DNA of 64,000 nucleotides from positions 23,374,001 to 23,438,000 of the forward strand of contig JBHGNT010000002.1 in assembly GCA_043228905.1 (NCBI GenBank), in the 5' to 3' direction. Origin of the DNA: Azolla caroliniana. Taxonomy: Eukaryota > Plantae > Polypodiophyta. Positions 52,501-64,000 of the stretch are shown here, in pieces. The position numbers and the translations under genes are program-made. The notes below the pieces were generated by a model. It saw only the letters and a list, made by a program, of their open reading frames with translations. It did no database searches and had not been told where the DNA came from. Every line of letters starts with the position of its first letter. Position 1 is the stretch's first letter.

Positions 52501-54012
52501 ACGATAGCGAAGAAGACCTGTACTATAAGTAAGAAATTTTGGTTCTCCGACAACGGAGGGTGTACGATAGTCATCGCGGAAAAGATGTTCGGAAAAGATG
52601 TACGAAGTCATCGCGGACTTCAGTAGAGGGCTCGAGTCGGATCGGACAGCCCGGGTGGACACGAGGTACAAGACTATGGACCGGAAGGTGAGGCCAATCG
52701 CGGCTCCCTTGCCGGAGGGCAGCGAGTTGCGAATAAAAGGGGTTGCGTCGGACCCGAGTTTACGAAATCCAACCCGCATAGGACACACGTTCACCGACAT
52801 AACGCTACGGGAGCTCAAGGTCGGTGGGGGCCGCTTCCTACTGCCGGCGGAGGAGGACCGGTTTCGGGGAATGCTCGGAAGGCACGGGAAGGCTTTCGCA
52901 TTCTCACCGGAGGAGATCGGGTGCGTAGACCCGACAGTCGTGGAACCGATGGTGATATTCACGGTACCGCATGTGCCATGGAGTCTCAAACCAATTCCAA
53001 TACCCAGAGCTCACATCCCGAAGCTAATGGAGCTGTTAAAGCAGAAGGTCGAGATGGGAATCCTCGAACCGTCAAGTGCCCCATACTCGAATCGGTGGTT
53101 TACCGTGCCGAAGAAGGACGGCACGCTGCGCTTTATTCAAGACCTGCAGCCGGTCAACAAGGTGACCATTCGAAACGCAGGAATCGAACCGACAATAGAC
53201 GAGTTCGCGGAGGCCTTCGCCGAAAGGTCGATTTACTCGGTCGTTGATCTCTACTCGGGGTACAATCAGTTCCAGCTTGCCGTAGAGAGGAGAGACATCA
53301 CGACAATGCGAACTCCTCTCGGCCTAGTACGGATGTGTACCCTGCCGCAAGGAGGGACGAACTCGGTGGCTCACATGGTGAACGCAATGAACAAAGTGCT
53401 GAGGGATTGTATCCCGGACATCACCATGCCGTTTTTGGACGACGTCCCGATCAAGGGATGCCTGGTGGAGGAAAGGGACGAGACGATCGGACCGGACGGA
53501 TGCCGGAAATTCATGGCGACGCACATCGATGACTGCGAGAAGGTGCTGCAGAGGTTGGAGGGCACGAGGCTCACCCTCTTCGGGGGAAAATCAGCCTTCG
53601 GGCAATCAGAGATCATGGTTGTCGGACACCTATGCGGGCCGTACGGCCGGAAACCGTCTCCGGCTAAGGTAGAAGCCATCTCCGCAATGAAGAACGATTG
53701 TAGCTCGGTCACGGAGGTTCAGAGGTTCTTGGGAGCGTGCACGTTCTACCACATATGGATCCCGCATTACGCTCACGTCGCGGAGCCGTTATACGGGTTG
53801 CCTATATTTACATACATACTCTAGTGTTCTCAACTCGCGTCTCCTATGTTGTTGTGCCGCGTCCCCGTGCGCTTCTTTGTCTATACGTGAGTGAGCGTCT
53901 CTCTCTCTCTCTCTCTCTCTCTCCCTCTCTCTCTCTTTTCCTCACCTATTCCTCGGTCCAAGACCCCAATGGTCCCGCCTTGTTCTCCACGCACGCGCGT
54001 AACAACGCAACA
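49563..54012 (+). mobile_element. Phygy-like element lacking RNase H/INT: 5' LTR 49563-50268, gag-PR 50312-52426, RT 52598-53800, truncated 3' LTR ~53799-54012
   Basis: 4-bp TSD ACGT, PBS-Trp, CMWCDAVGH zinc knuckle, ALVDHGSEIN protease, FLDD RT. Confidence 0.92.
52429..52494 (+). promoter_or_regulatory. Putative -1 ribosomal frameshift signal (GGATTTT + H-type pseudoknot); also 61004-61069 (+), 44218-44283 (-), ~37376-37443 (-)
   Basis: Heptamer at the gag-PR stop, pol continues in the -1 frame; stem GGGCTATC/GATAGTCC, loop GTGGGG pairs with downstream CCCCAC. Confidence 0.7.
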
Positions 54013-57000
54013 ACGTGTCGGACATCCTTCAGCAGCATCTTGCATCCGGTTGGTGTTGTCAGCCACACGTCTCCTATGCCGACAATTCGGCATGTACCTT
54101 CATTCCCCATTCGGACACAGCTATGATCACCGACTGAGTAGGATGAGAAGCATTTCCGGTCCGGGGTAAGGTGGAACGACGCTCCGGAATCGACCACCTA
54201 GGTCATCTCGTCACTGGCAAGGTTTATCTCACTCTCCTCGGTGATGAGCATCAACTCCTCTTCACTTGCCGCGATTGTCGTTGTTCCCTTCCGGTCCGGT
54301 CCCCTACGGTCTTTACCGTTCCGGTCCGATGTCTGCTTCGAATCGGTGCCGTCGGTTTCCTTGTCTTTACGGAAATGCCGACAGTTCTTTTGGAAGTGTC
54401 CCGGCTTGCTGCAATAGAAGCAAGTAGGCCTCCCCCTTGACTTTGACCGTGTCCCCGACTTTTCCCGGTTCTGGGGGCTACGGTTCCTTTGTCTTCCGCG
54501 TTCCGATTCGGTAAGGAGCACTTTGGAGTCGGAGCTCGTGTCCTTATCTTTCCGACGCGCCTCCTCATCTAGCAAGCTCGACTTCACTCTTGCTAGGGAT
54601 AACCGTTTCCCTTCCGGCCCGACGTTGCCCAAACAGACAACCAACGTCTCCCAGCTATCCGGGAGGGAACCGAGCAGGAGTAGCGCTAGTACCTCATCGG
54701 CGAGAGGTACTTCCAATGATGTTGCCTGGTGGATCAGCCCTTGGAAGGCATTCATGTGCTCCGCCATGCTGGAGCCATCTTGGTACCGGAGTCGTACTAG
54801 CTTCCGGAATACCGAAACCTGATTAACAACATTTTTGTTCTGAAACATAATGTCAATCTTCTCCTAGAGCTCATGAGCCTTGCTCTCTTCATTGAAGTTG
54901 TTGTATAGACTCATGTCGATGAAGCACCGTATGTAAGCCGTTGTCTTCATGTGCATCACCTCCCATATCGTGGCATTGATTTTGTCCGGTCTCTTGTCCC
55001 CAAACTGAACCGGCAACCAAAGATCTTTAACCACGAGCATGTCCCTCATCTTCGACTTCCACGCCGAATAGTTGGAGCCGGTGAGCTTGAACATGCCTCC
55101 CAACGAGTCGTCCATTTTCTGTGTCGTTTCGCTCTGATACCACTTGACAGGAACTCATGCTCCCTTCTCGCAACGCTCGGCCACAACCGAGCTTAGAATC
55201 ATACACAGAAAAAAATGGTGAAAGAATGCACGACACGAAGAAGAGAAGAGTACACAGGATGTTTACGTGGAAAACCCAAACTAAGGGAAAAACCACGGCA
55301 GTCCACAGGCTGCAAACTATCACTATGTTAGAATGTACAACAGTGAGTTCACGGAGGAAACGACCTCGTGCTCACGATCTTCGCCACAGGTGGCGGTTAC
55401 AACAGAGGCAACGACCTCTTTCTCTCTCTCTGTCTCTGTACACTGTTACGCGCTCTCTCTCTCCTTGCGCCAACAGGAATGACAACAACTCTCTCTGCAT
55501 AATAAAGGTTTGCCCTAAGTCATATTTATACTAATATGACTTTTCGGCTATTTACAAATATAGTCATCCGGTTCTCACCGGGTCTACATCATCCGGCTCT
55601 CCGTAGCCGGGTACTCGTCATCCGGTTCTCACCGGATCTGCACTATCCGGCTGTTCGTAGCCGGGTACTCCTCATCCAGTTCTCACCGGGTTTGCACCAT
55701 CCGGTTGTCCGTAGCCGGGTACTCCTCATCCGGTTCTCACCGGGTCTGCACCATCCGGTTGTCCGTAGCCGGGTACTCCTCATCCGGTTCACACCGGGTC
55801 TGCACCATCCGGCTGTCTGTAGCCGAGTACTCCTCATCAACACTGTTCTTCTCCCTTCCCATCCAAAGGGACCTGTCTCCCAACACAACTCATTCATTTC
55901 CACGACACGCCCCAGTCGTACAACCCCTAATATCACTCCCGCCAGTGCCGTCACGCTCCCTTACTTTGGCAAATGCTCTAGTACCAATGGAAATTGGTCA
56001 AGCTCAATTTCGGCCATTGACTGATGCCGAATGACAATTTCGGCGGGCTAATGGATTGTGCCTATATTGTGGTGCATCACGTCATCTCCTTCGCCATTTT
56101 CCTAGGAGTAATCGCCCACCATTCCATCGAGCCAACGAACCCCAACATTCAGAAAACGATATCGTCTAGTTGCAATAGGAGCCATGTAGTTGGACGTCTC
56201 CCAACATCCACATTCTCTTGGTTCCATTGCTAGAACATCAGGCAATTTCATATTGGAGGTATGCCTTTCTTTTAATTCCATTTCCATTCAGTCCGTCGCT
56301 TTACTTAATTCTGGAGCATGTTCTTGCTTCATCGATGTGGCATTCGCCCGAGCATATGGGATACCCGTCATGTGCCTCTATAAACTCATTCCTGTTGAAG
56401 CCATTGATGGGTGTGCCCTCTCGTCAGGAGCAATTACCGAGACTATAATCCCATGAGGGATTCGTGTGGGCACCCACCAGGAGGAGATCTCCTTTTACCT
56501 CATCGCATCCCCTCGACATCTGATCTTCTTAGGACTATTGTGGTTGGAGGCGCACAATCCAATAGTGGATTGGTGCAATCGCCCGATCACATTTAGCGAG
56601 CTAGGATGCTCGCACACAACTATGAAGGTTAATTCAGTTTCACATCCTCCGAAGATGGTCGATTCCGACTCGACCACGCCACCCTTAGTTCATCACCTGC
56701 TCGATGTTTGTGGAGCTACCTCTAACACACTCCACGCTATTCCCGAAAAGTATAAATACTTCTCTGATTTATTTGAGAAACATAATGCAGATCGTTTGCC
56801 CGAACACCGGCTCTACGACTGTCCCATCGATCTTCAAGAAGGCGTGTCCACCCTTCGGTCCTATATATGCATTGTCTGCACCAGAGCTAAAGGCCCTTCG
56901 AGCACGTATCTTGATGAGAACCTCGCGAAAGGATTTATTCAATCTTTGAAGTCGTCATCCGGGGCCCCCATATTATTCGTGACGAAGAAGGACATCTCTC

Positions 57001-57443
57001 TATGCTTATGTTTAGACTATTGGGGTCTCAACAAAATCACTGTGCATAACCGTTATCCACTCCAAAGTTGATCTGCGTGGCGCGTACAATCTAGTACGCA
57101 TAAAGCCCGGTGATGAATGGAAAACCGCCTTCCGAACACGATATGGGCATTTCGAATACAAGGTAATGCCTTTCGGCCTTACTAATGCCCTGACTATTTT
57201 TCAACATATGATGAACGATATATTCCGGGAACATCTCGATCATTTTGTGGTCATCTACCTAGATGATAAACATGGCAAAACACACTCGTCAAGTTCGATT
57301 AGTTCTCGCAAAACTTCGGCCCTTCGGGAGCACGACCTTTATGCCAAAAGTGAGAAATGGGAGTTTGACCATACCTCAATTGAATTCCTAGGTTACATCA
57401 TCTCACCCACTGGCATCACGATGGATGTGAAGAAGGTTTCCGT

Positions 57444-60400
57444 TGTCGTGAAGAAAACCGGCCATAGGCGGAATCAGAGAAAAAGGCGCATGAACCGGCT
57501 CTTACACAGATGGGCGCATATTTTGATATTTTGTACACGATTCATAAATGGATCGGTTGATGTAAATACTAAGTAGTACACATTTATTAGGGGATTGTGC
57601 GTATCTCTGTAAGAAGGGACAGGGAATAAAGCGATTTGACTAGGGATGGGAACTATAAAAAGGAAAAGAGAGAGGGGAGAGAAGGTATCGCGCGTTGGAG
57701 AGGACGAAGGGCTGCTGCAGATCTGAGGGCCGAGCTCTCTCTCTTCTCCTCCGATCGTCGGTCTCTATGGGTCGGGAGTTCGCTGCCTCTACTTCGTGGA
57801 CAGCCCGTGCACTTCCAGCAGAGGCTCTCCCCCCTTGTTTTTGTTTCTTGGAGTCGAGTGAGTTCTGTCCGTGTGCGTGAGTAGGATCCCCATGTCGGGT
57901 CCATCGTCGCCTTGCCGGTTGTAACCGTCAGAGTTGTAATCTCTTGTTATTGTAATCACGTATTCCACTCTATATCTCTCCTTCTCGCTTCTGCGTGTCC
58001 GCGAATCTCTCTCTCTCTCTCTCTCCCTCCTCGGTCCAAGACCCCCGTGGTCCTGCCCTTCTACACGCACGCGCGTAACAACGCGACATATTTGGTGAAC
58101 CCGACGTGAAAGGGCGGCAAAGGAGTCGAAAGATGAGGGGATCGGAGCGACCAGAGGCAATGGCGGTAGCTGTCGACTGGCTGGTAAGCGCTCATGAGGG
58201 GACGGGTACCCTCGACAGAGCCATTGAATCGATCGTCGGCTCTATAGGCCGGTTCGGAGGGAAAGACGCCACAAGTAATTTGGAGGCTTACCGGGCCGAA
58301 ATGATCATGAGGGATATCCCAGTGGACATGCGGCTGTCCGGATTCGCTCGGGTGGTGACGTCGGGCATCCACGCGGAGGTGCTCGAGGCGCTGGCCGGAT
58401 GCCAGACTTGGGAGGAGTTCGAGTTGCAGCTCCTCGAGAAGTACGGGTTTGACGACTCGTTTCGGCTGTCGAGGCAGGACTTCATGGCGTGGTGCTCCTC
58501 CAAGAGTTCGAAAAACGGTTCGCGCGGCTGTCGACGCTGGACCGGACGGTGCTCGAAACGAGTCAAGTACTATTGTTTGTCAAGTTAGTGGACGCGCTCG
58601 ACAAGGAAAAGGTGGGTCCCCTATTGGAAACGGACGAAGGGCTCACGACAGACTGGGCCGTGGTAAAACGGGTCTGCAGCCGTTTCGACAAACGGCGCGA
58701 TTGGAGCGACGGAAGCTCGTCGGGGTCAGGGCCGGTCCCGAGGAGCCGATATCGGTGCCGGCTGGAAGGAAGGAAGAGACCAGAATCTGGCCAGAGTCGG
58801 GGTCGGCATCGAACGACGTGGTTAGAGGCCCATCCGGAGGAGCGGCTCTGGAGGAGCTGACACAGATGGTGCGCGACCTACAGATCGCACAAGGCCCGGA
58901 GAGACAGCAGCGAACAACCTCGCGATTGGAGGCCACCGGCTGGGCAGCGGTGCATGTGGTGTGACGCGATCGGTCAGATTCAGAAGGATTGCGCGGATTT
59001 CGCCGACGCACTCAGGACCAACGTGGTGTACCTCTGGAACGGGCGGGTGCACGCGAGCGAGACCCGGAGAGCCCTAGAACTGAATACGGGGCGCGGCGGA
59101 ATGAAGAGGTTGATGGAAGAGGCCGCGGCACGGCACGTCAAAGCCGTTAACTACTCAATGTCGGCGGGAATTCGGGTCGGGGGTGATGAGACCCGGAAGA
59201 CAAAGGACTCCGAATTCTGGCCGCTAGTGCTAGAAGGCCTCTCCGGAGTTTGGCTGAAGAAGGAAGAGGTGGACCGCGCGGAACAGCGGATCCAGGAGGT
59301 CACCGGTTGGGACGATCTGGTCGAAGAGAAAACGGGCTTCATAGAAGCCAGTTGCCAGAACTACGACGTTCTAATGGAGGACAAACGGGCAGGAAAGGCC
59401 GGAGGGGTCGATCCCCCGCAGAGGTATGAGACCCGGTTCAGACCAAAACCGACCAGTGCCGGCAACCCAGGCGCGCTGGACGGAAAGAAGCAGGCGGGGT
59501 TTCGGTTGAGCACCGAAATCGAAAGGACCACAGACCTGCGAAAGGTCTTGGAGGAATGAATCCTCGACAATAAAGTGGAGTTGTCGTTGCGGGAGGTGCT
59601 GGGAATCGCCAAGAGGGAGTTCCACGACTCCATCGTAGACTTGGTGAAGCGGAAGAGGCTCTCGACGGAGCCGGAACCGGGGAAGCCAATGGAGGTGCGA
59701 ACCATGCACTTGGAAGACGCGGCCCTAGAAGACGAGTTGGCGGAAAGCCACTACACAGAGCCGCATTGGGCCAGGGCAACTACGGAAACCCTTGTACGGA
59801 TCGGCAACGTTCCAAAACCGGTGGTGGCGTTGGTAGACCATGGATCCGAAATCAACCTGATGTCCATGGATTTCTACAAGAAGGGTAAATGGTCGATCAA
59901 CACCAACCATGGCTGGAAAATACGGGCGGCGACGTTGTCGTGCCTTTCGGCGCCGGATCGTTGCGTGAGTCGGGTGGGAACCACTGAGGTTTTGGACTAG
60001 GAGAAAGAAGAATATGAGATGAGGCTAGTAATGAATAGATTATTAGAAAGAGAGATAGAAATTTCGTGAATCCCACGAGTGTATTGTATTCGATTAATCA
60101 ATATTTAGATAAGAATATGTATTTAGATTGAAAGAAAGATATAAGAAACTTGTGAATCCCACAAGTATAGATTATATTATTTTCGTGAATCCCACGATTA
60201 TATTAATTGGTTGGTGTTTTCGGAAATATATTCAATTTCCAAATATTTCACACACCTATTACATTGTGCTCCCCATCCTTATATAGTGATGGGAGAGACT
60301 AAGCATAGCTACATGCTTTTTTCTAATATGTTCATGCACACTAAATGTGCATGTGATGCTTTTCTAATCCTTGCTTTTATTTGCTAAATATAGTGCTCAT

Positions 60401-62132
60401 GCACGCTAGATGTGCATGAGTCACTTTTTAGTTGCTTGCGTTTTTCTATAAAATATTCACGCGCTCTAAAAATGCATGATTTACCTTTTAATAAAGGTAG
60501 GCGCAAATAAAGCACTTATAGTTATTAAATCTATTTGTAAAACACTAAAGATAAGGTAGCATAATGGTAAAGTTGAGGTTTGGCTATATGGAGGTATAGG
60601 GTTCAAATCTTGCCCTATGCATGGATAAATATTTTGATATTCTTATTTTATTTATTTATATGTAATTAAATCGGTTATATTATTTTTACTTTTTCACGTA
60701 GTGTACGAAATACACTACGACAACGCGTGCCACAGAAGAACTACATGGAGCCTGTCCAAACGTACGGGTGAAAATCGGCAATGTCGAGATCGACCAACAC
60801 TTCTTCGTGCGGGAGACGTCCTTGCATCCGGTTATACTAGGAGAGCCGTACATCACGGAGGTACGGATGGAGACCAAGGTGATGGACAACGGTTCAGCCT
60901 ATGCAAGAGTCAAGAGCCAGGACGGGTGTCACTCGATCTAGTTCTTAACGGTGCGATCGAACCATGATTGTAACCACGAGGCCCTTGGCGGCGAAACCCG
61001 AGGGGATTTTTAGAGAGGGCTATCAAGGCGTGGGGCCGCGATAGTCCGGACACCCGGGAAGCACCCCACAAATGTACAGTACGGAAGAAGACATGTACCA
61101 TAGGTAGGAAATTTTGGTTCTCCGACAACGGAGGTTGTACTATGGCCGGCGTCAGCGGCTGGGAAAGGGAGCGAGCGGAGGAGCGGCTCAAGACATGCGG
61201 AGTTCTCTTCCCCGAAGAAGAGATCAGCGGCGCCGTGGAGGCGGTCTCTTTTGACGACACCTTGGGTGAGTTGCGAAAGGTGGTCGATGAAGACCTTAGA
61301 GAAGACCGGACCGTTCTGGTAGGTTCGATGGGAATGTATGAAGTCATCGCGGACTTCGGGGAGAGGATCGAGTCGGATCGGACGGCCCGAGTGGATACAA
61401 AGTACAAGACTGTGGACCGGAAGGTGAGGCCAGTCGCAACACCCTTGCCGGAGGGCAGCGAGGAGCGGATAAAAGGGGTCGCGTCGAACCCGAGTTTACG
61501 GAATCCGGTTGGCATAGGGCACCGGTTCGCCGACATAACGCTACGGGAGCTCAAGGTTGGTGGGGGTGGCTTCCTACTGCCGGCGGAGGAGAACAGGTTT
61601 CGGAGAATGCTCGGAAGGCATGGGAAAGCCTTCGCATTCTCGCCGGAGGAGATCGGGTGCGTGGACCCGACGGTCGTCAAACCGATGGTGATCTTCACGG
61701 TACCACATGTACCGTGGAATCTCAAACCGATTCCGGTGCCGAGAGCTCACATCCCGAAGTTGATGGAGCTTCTGAAGCAAAAGGTGGAGATGGGCATCCT
61801 CGAACCGTCAAGTGCCCCGTATTCAAATCAGTGGTTTACGGTGCCGAAGAAGAACGACACGTTGCGCTTCATTCAGGACCTGCAACCGGTCAACAAGGTG
61901 ACCATCCGTAATGCAGGAATCGGACCGACCATAGACGAGTTCGCGGAGGCCTTCGCTGGAAGGTCGATCTATTCGGTCGGTGACTTATACTCGGGGTACG
62001 ACCAGTTCCAGCTAGCCGTGGAAAGCAGGGATATCACGACGATGGGAACTCCTCTCGGCCTAGTACGGATGTGTACCCTACCACAAGGCGGGACAAATTC
62101 GGTGGCGCATATGGTGAACGCAATGAACAAAG
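57444..62132 (+). mobile_element. Phygy-like element 5' part: LTR 57444-58088, PBS-Trp, gag-PR, RT start; interrupted by copia at 62133
   Basis: TGTCGTGAAG...CGCGACA LTR, PBS, ORFs homologous to 50312-53800; left flank CCGT. Confidence 0.9.
59936..60722 (-). mobile_element. AT-rich gypsy solo LTR inserted in the protease region
   Basis: TGTCGT...ACGACA termini, TSD ACGT/ACGC; removing it restores KIRAAT-RATEEL; tRNA-like box ~60553-60617. Confidence 0.85.
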
Positions 62133-64000
62133 TGTTGGGAGACATGTCCCTCCGGATGGAAAGGGAGAAGAACAATGTTGACGAATAATCTCGGCTGAGG
62201 CTGATAGGCCGAAGCCGAAACCGGATGAAGAGTACCCGGCTACGGAGAGCCGTATGGTGCAGACCCGGTATGAACCGGATGAAGAGTACCCGGCTACGGA
62301 GAGCCGGATGGTGCAGATCCGGTATGAACCGGATGAAGAGTACCCGGCTACGGAGAGCCGGATGGTGCAGACCCGGTGTGAACCGGATGAAGAGTACCCG
62401 GCTACGGAGAGTCGGATGGTGTAGACCCAGTCTGAACCGGATGAAGAGTACCCGGCTACGGAGAGCCGGATGGTGCAGACGCGGTGTGAACCGGATGAAG
62501 AGTACCCGGCTACGGAGAGTCGGATGGTGCAGACCCGGTATGAACCGGATGAAGAGTACCCGGCTACAAAGAGCCAAATGGTACAGACCCGGTATGAACC
62601 GGATGAAGAGACATATTAGTAAATATGTTTCTGATAGTCCATTGCGGCTACATTTGTAAATAGCCGAAAAGTCATATTAGTATAAATATGACTTAGGGCA
62701 AACTTTTAGATACCGTTGTTGTCATTCTTGTTGGTGCAAGAATAGAGAGTGTGCGTAACATTACAGAGAGAGAGTGAGAGAAAGAGGTCGTTGCCTCTGT
62801 TGTAACCGCCGCCTATGGCGAAGATCGTGAGCACGAGGTCGTTGCCTTCGTGAACTCACTGTTTTGTACATTCCAACTTAGTGATAGTTTGCAGCCTGTG
62901 GGCTGCCGTGGTTTTTCCCTCTTTGGGTTTTCCACGTAAACATTCTGTGTACCCTTTTTTATTCTCTCCTTTGTGTCACGCGTTTTATTTCCTGTTTTCT
63001 GTGTATCATTCTAAGCTCGGTTGTGGCCGAGCGTTGCGCATAAGGAACGTTGTAGTTCCCGTCAAGTGGTATCATAGCGAAACAACACAGAAAATGGACG
63101 AATCGTTTAGCGGCATGTTCAAGCTCACCGGCTCCAACTATTCAGTGTGGAAGTCGAAGATGAGGGACATGCTCGTGGTTAAAGACCTCTAGCTGCCGGT
63201 TCAGTTCGGGGACAAGAGACCGGACAAAATCGACGCCGCGATATGAGAGGTGATGCACATGAAGACAACGGCGTACATACGGTGCTTCATCGACATGAGC
63301 CTGTACAACAACTTCAATGAAGAGAGCAAGGCTCATGAGCTCTAGGAGAAGATCGGCATAATGTTTCAAAACAAAAATGTTGTTAATCAGGTTTCGGTAT
63401 TCCGGAAGCTAGTAAGACTCCGGTACCAAGATGGCTCCAGCATGGCGGAGCACATGAATGCCTTCCAGGGGCTGATCCACCAGGCAACTTCATTGGAAGT
63501 ACCTCTCGCCGATGAGGTACTAGCGCTACTCCTACTCAGTTCCCTCCCGGATAGCTGGGAGACGTTGGCTGTCACTTTGGGCAACGCCGGACCGGAAGGA
63601 AAACGGTTATCCCTAGCAAGAGTAAAGTCGAGTTTGCTAGATGAGGAGGCGCGTCGAAAAGATAAAGATACGAGCTCCGACTCCAAAGCGCTCCTTACCG
63701 AATCGGAACGCGGAAGACAAAGAAACCGTAGTCCCCAGAACCGGGAGAAGTCGGGGACACGGTCAAAGTCAAGGGGGAAGCCCACTTGCTTCTATTGCGG
63801 CAAGCCGGGTCACTTCCAAAAGAACTGTCGGCATTTCCGTAAAGACAAGGAAACCGACGGTACCGATTCGAAGTGGACCCCGGACCGGAACGGTAAAGAC
63901 CAGAAGGGGACGGACCGGAAGGGAACGACGGCAATCGCGGCAAGTGAAGAGGAGTTGATGCTCATCACCGAGGAGAGTGAGATAAACCTTGTTGGCGACG
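62133..64000 (+). mobile_element. Copia element 5' part: LTR 62133-63064, PBS 63067-63078, gag pseudo-ORF from 63093
   Basis: TGTTGGGAG...GTCA LTR with ~7 copies of the 54-mer; PBS TGGTATCATAGC; gag with stops and CCHC knuckle. Confidence 0.92.

Larger units (their letters stand above)
37705..55885 (-). mobile_element. Full-structure Ty1/copia element (3' LTR 37705-39662, 5' LTR 55145-55885) hosting four nested insertions
   Basis: 5-bp TSD CAACT at both ends; PBS-iMet ~55131-55142; PPT 39663-39676; gag 54198-55115, PR, INT 48529-49479, RT 47096-48321, RNase H 39673-40145; many stops. Confidence 0.93.
37557..57443 (+). mobile_element. Second degenerate chromovirus-like gypsy remnant (gag 37557-37704 + 55886-57443 gag/PR/RT), split by a copia element
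   Basis: SLSQAISQAVHCDNRLFE continues after TSD CAACT into PMEI..CLYCG, ALLNSGA, GAPILFV, VIYLDD. Confidence 0.8.

Noticed and set aside
62220-62610. Regular repeat array resembling a CRISPR
   Set aside because: Head-to-tail units with no unique spacers, inside an LTR, eukaryotic context, no cas genes.

Overview
Gene-poor, heterochromatin-like plant DNA made almost entirely of nested, decaying retroelements. A moss such as Physcomitrium is inferred from the mix of lineages, not proven. Contents: (i) at least 9 insertions of tRNA-Trp-primed non-chromoviral Ty3/gypsy elements (Phygy-like), including elements, solo LTRs and a pol-less LARD-like derivative; (ii) several tRNA-iMet-primed Ty1/copia elements and solo LTRs whose U3 carries a 54-bp CCGG-rich VNTR; (iii) two Tcn1-like chromovirus remnants; (iv) an L1-like and an RTE-like LINE. 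The main non-retroelement block (~20.15-25.8 kb) holds a spliced, prokaryote-like beta-class N6A/N4C DNA amino-methyltransferase pseudogene (DIPY ... DLFSGTGTT) next to a ~150-185 bp tandem array. Other notable signals: every readable Phygy-like target site is a 4-bp CpG-centred word; antisense tRNA-like A/B-box cassettes lie in the U3 of four unrelated LTR types; a conserved GGAUUUU + pseudoknot -1 frameshift signal follows gag-protease; and a covarying hairpin sits just upstream of the PPT. All coordinates were read by eye and may be off by a few bases.
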